Source: Trichinella spiralis
Lineage: Eukaryota
NCBI RefSeq assembly: GCF_000181795.1
Contig: NW_003526945.1
Coordinates: 2,608,488-2,672,487, forward strand
Direction of reading: 5' to 3'
DNA: 64,000 nucleotides
The notes beneath the pieces are model-generated. The model did no database searches, was not told the origin of the DNA, and saw only the letters and a list, made by a program, of their open reading frames with translations. This document shows, piece by piece, positions 63,952-64,000 of this stretch. The translations under genes were made by a program, and so were the position numbers. The number at the start of each line of letters is the position of its first letter. Position 1 is the first letter of the stretch.

Positions 63952-64000
63952 GAGCAGTATTCTAATTAATTTTGCCGTTGAATTCTGTGTTCACGATCAA

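Noticed and set aside
1..64000. tRNA, rRNA, snRNA, CRISPR arrays or prokaryotic operons
   Set aside because: None recognised by eye; the window is intron-rich eukaryotic DNA. A tRNAscan/Rfam run would be needed to exclude small RNAs.

Overview
AT-rich eukaryotic genomic DNA with many short GT-AG introns and three N-gaps. A basal nematode such as Trichinella is my inference from composition and intron style, not something the sequence proves. By manual exon stitching I find ten spliced genes: a FAX/metaxin-like GST-fold gene (3' part only), an M14A carboxypeptidase homologue, a membrane-anchored bifunctional PAM, an ABCA transporter, ArfGAP2/3, a small RRM gene, a UBXN1-like gene, a Notch-family receptor, and a head-to-head pair of JmjC histone demethylases (KDM3-like and KDM4-like). 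There is also a decayed piggyBac transposase interrupted by a solo LTR, plus several repeats. The most notable observation is that the Notch-like receptor has 9 EGF repeats joined directly, within one exon, to the heterodimerization domain, with no LNR repeats, so the canonical autoinhibitory cap appears to be absent. Other highlights are a carboxypeptidase with Lys at the catalytic Glu270 position, the divergent KDM3/KDM4 pair, and a run of seven in-frame phase-1 micro-exons in the KDM3-like gene. All exon structures were read by eye and need RNA-seq confirmation.
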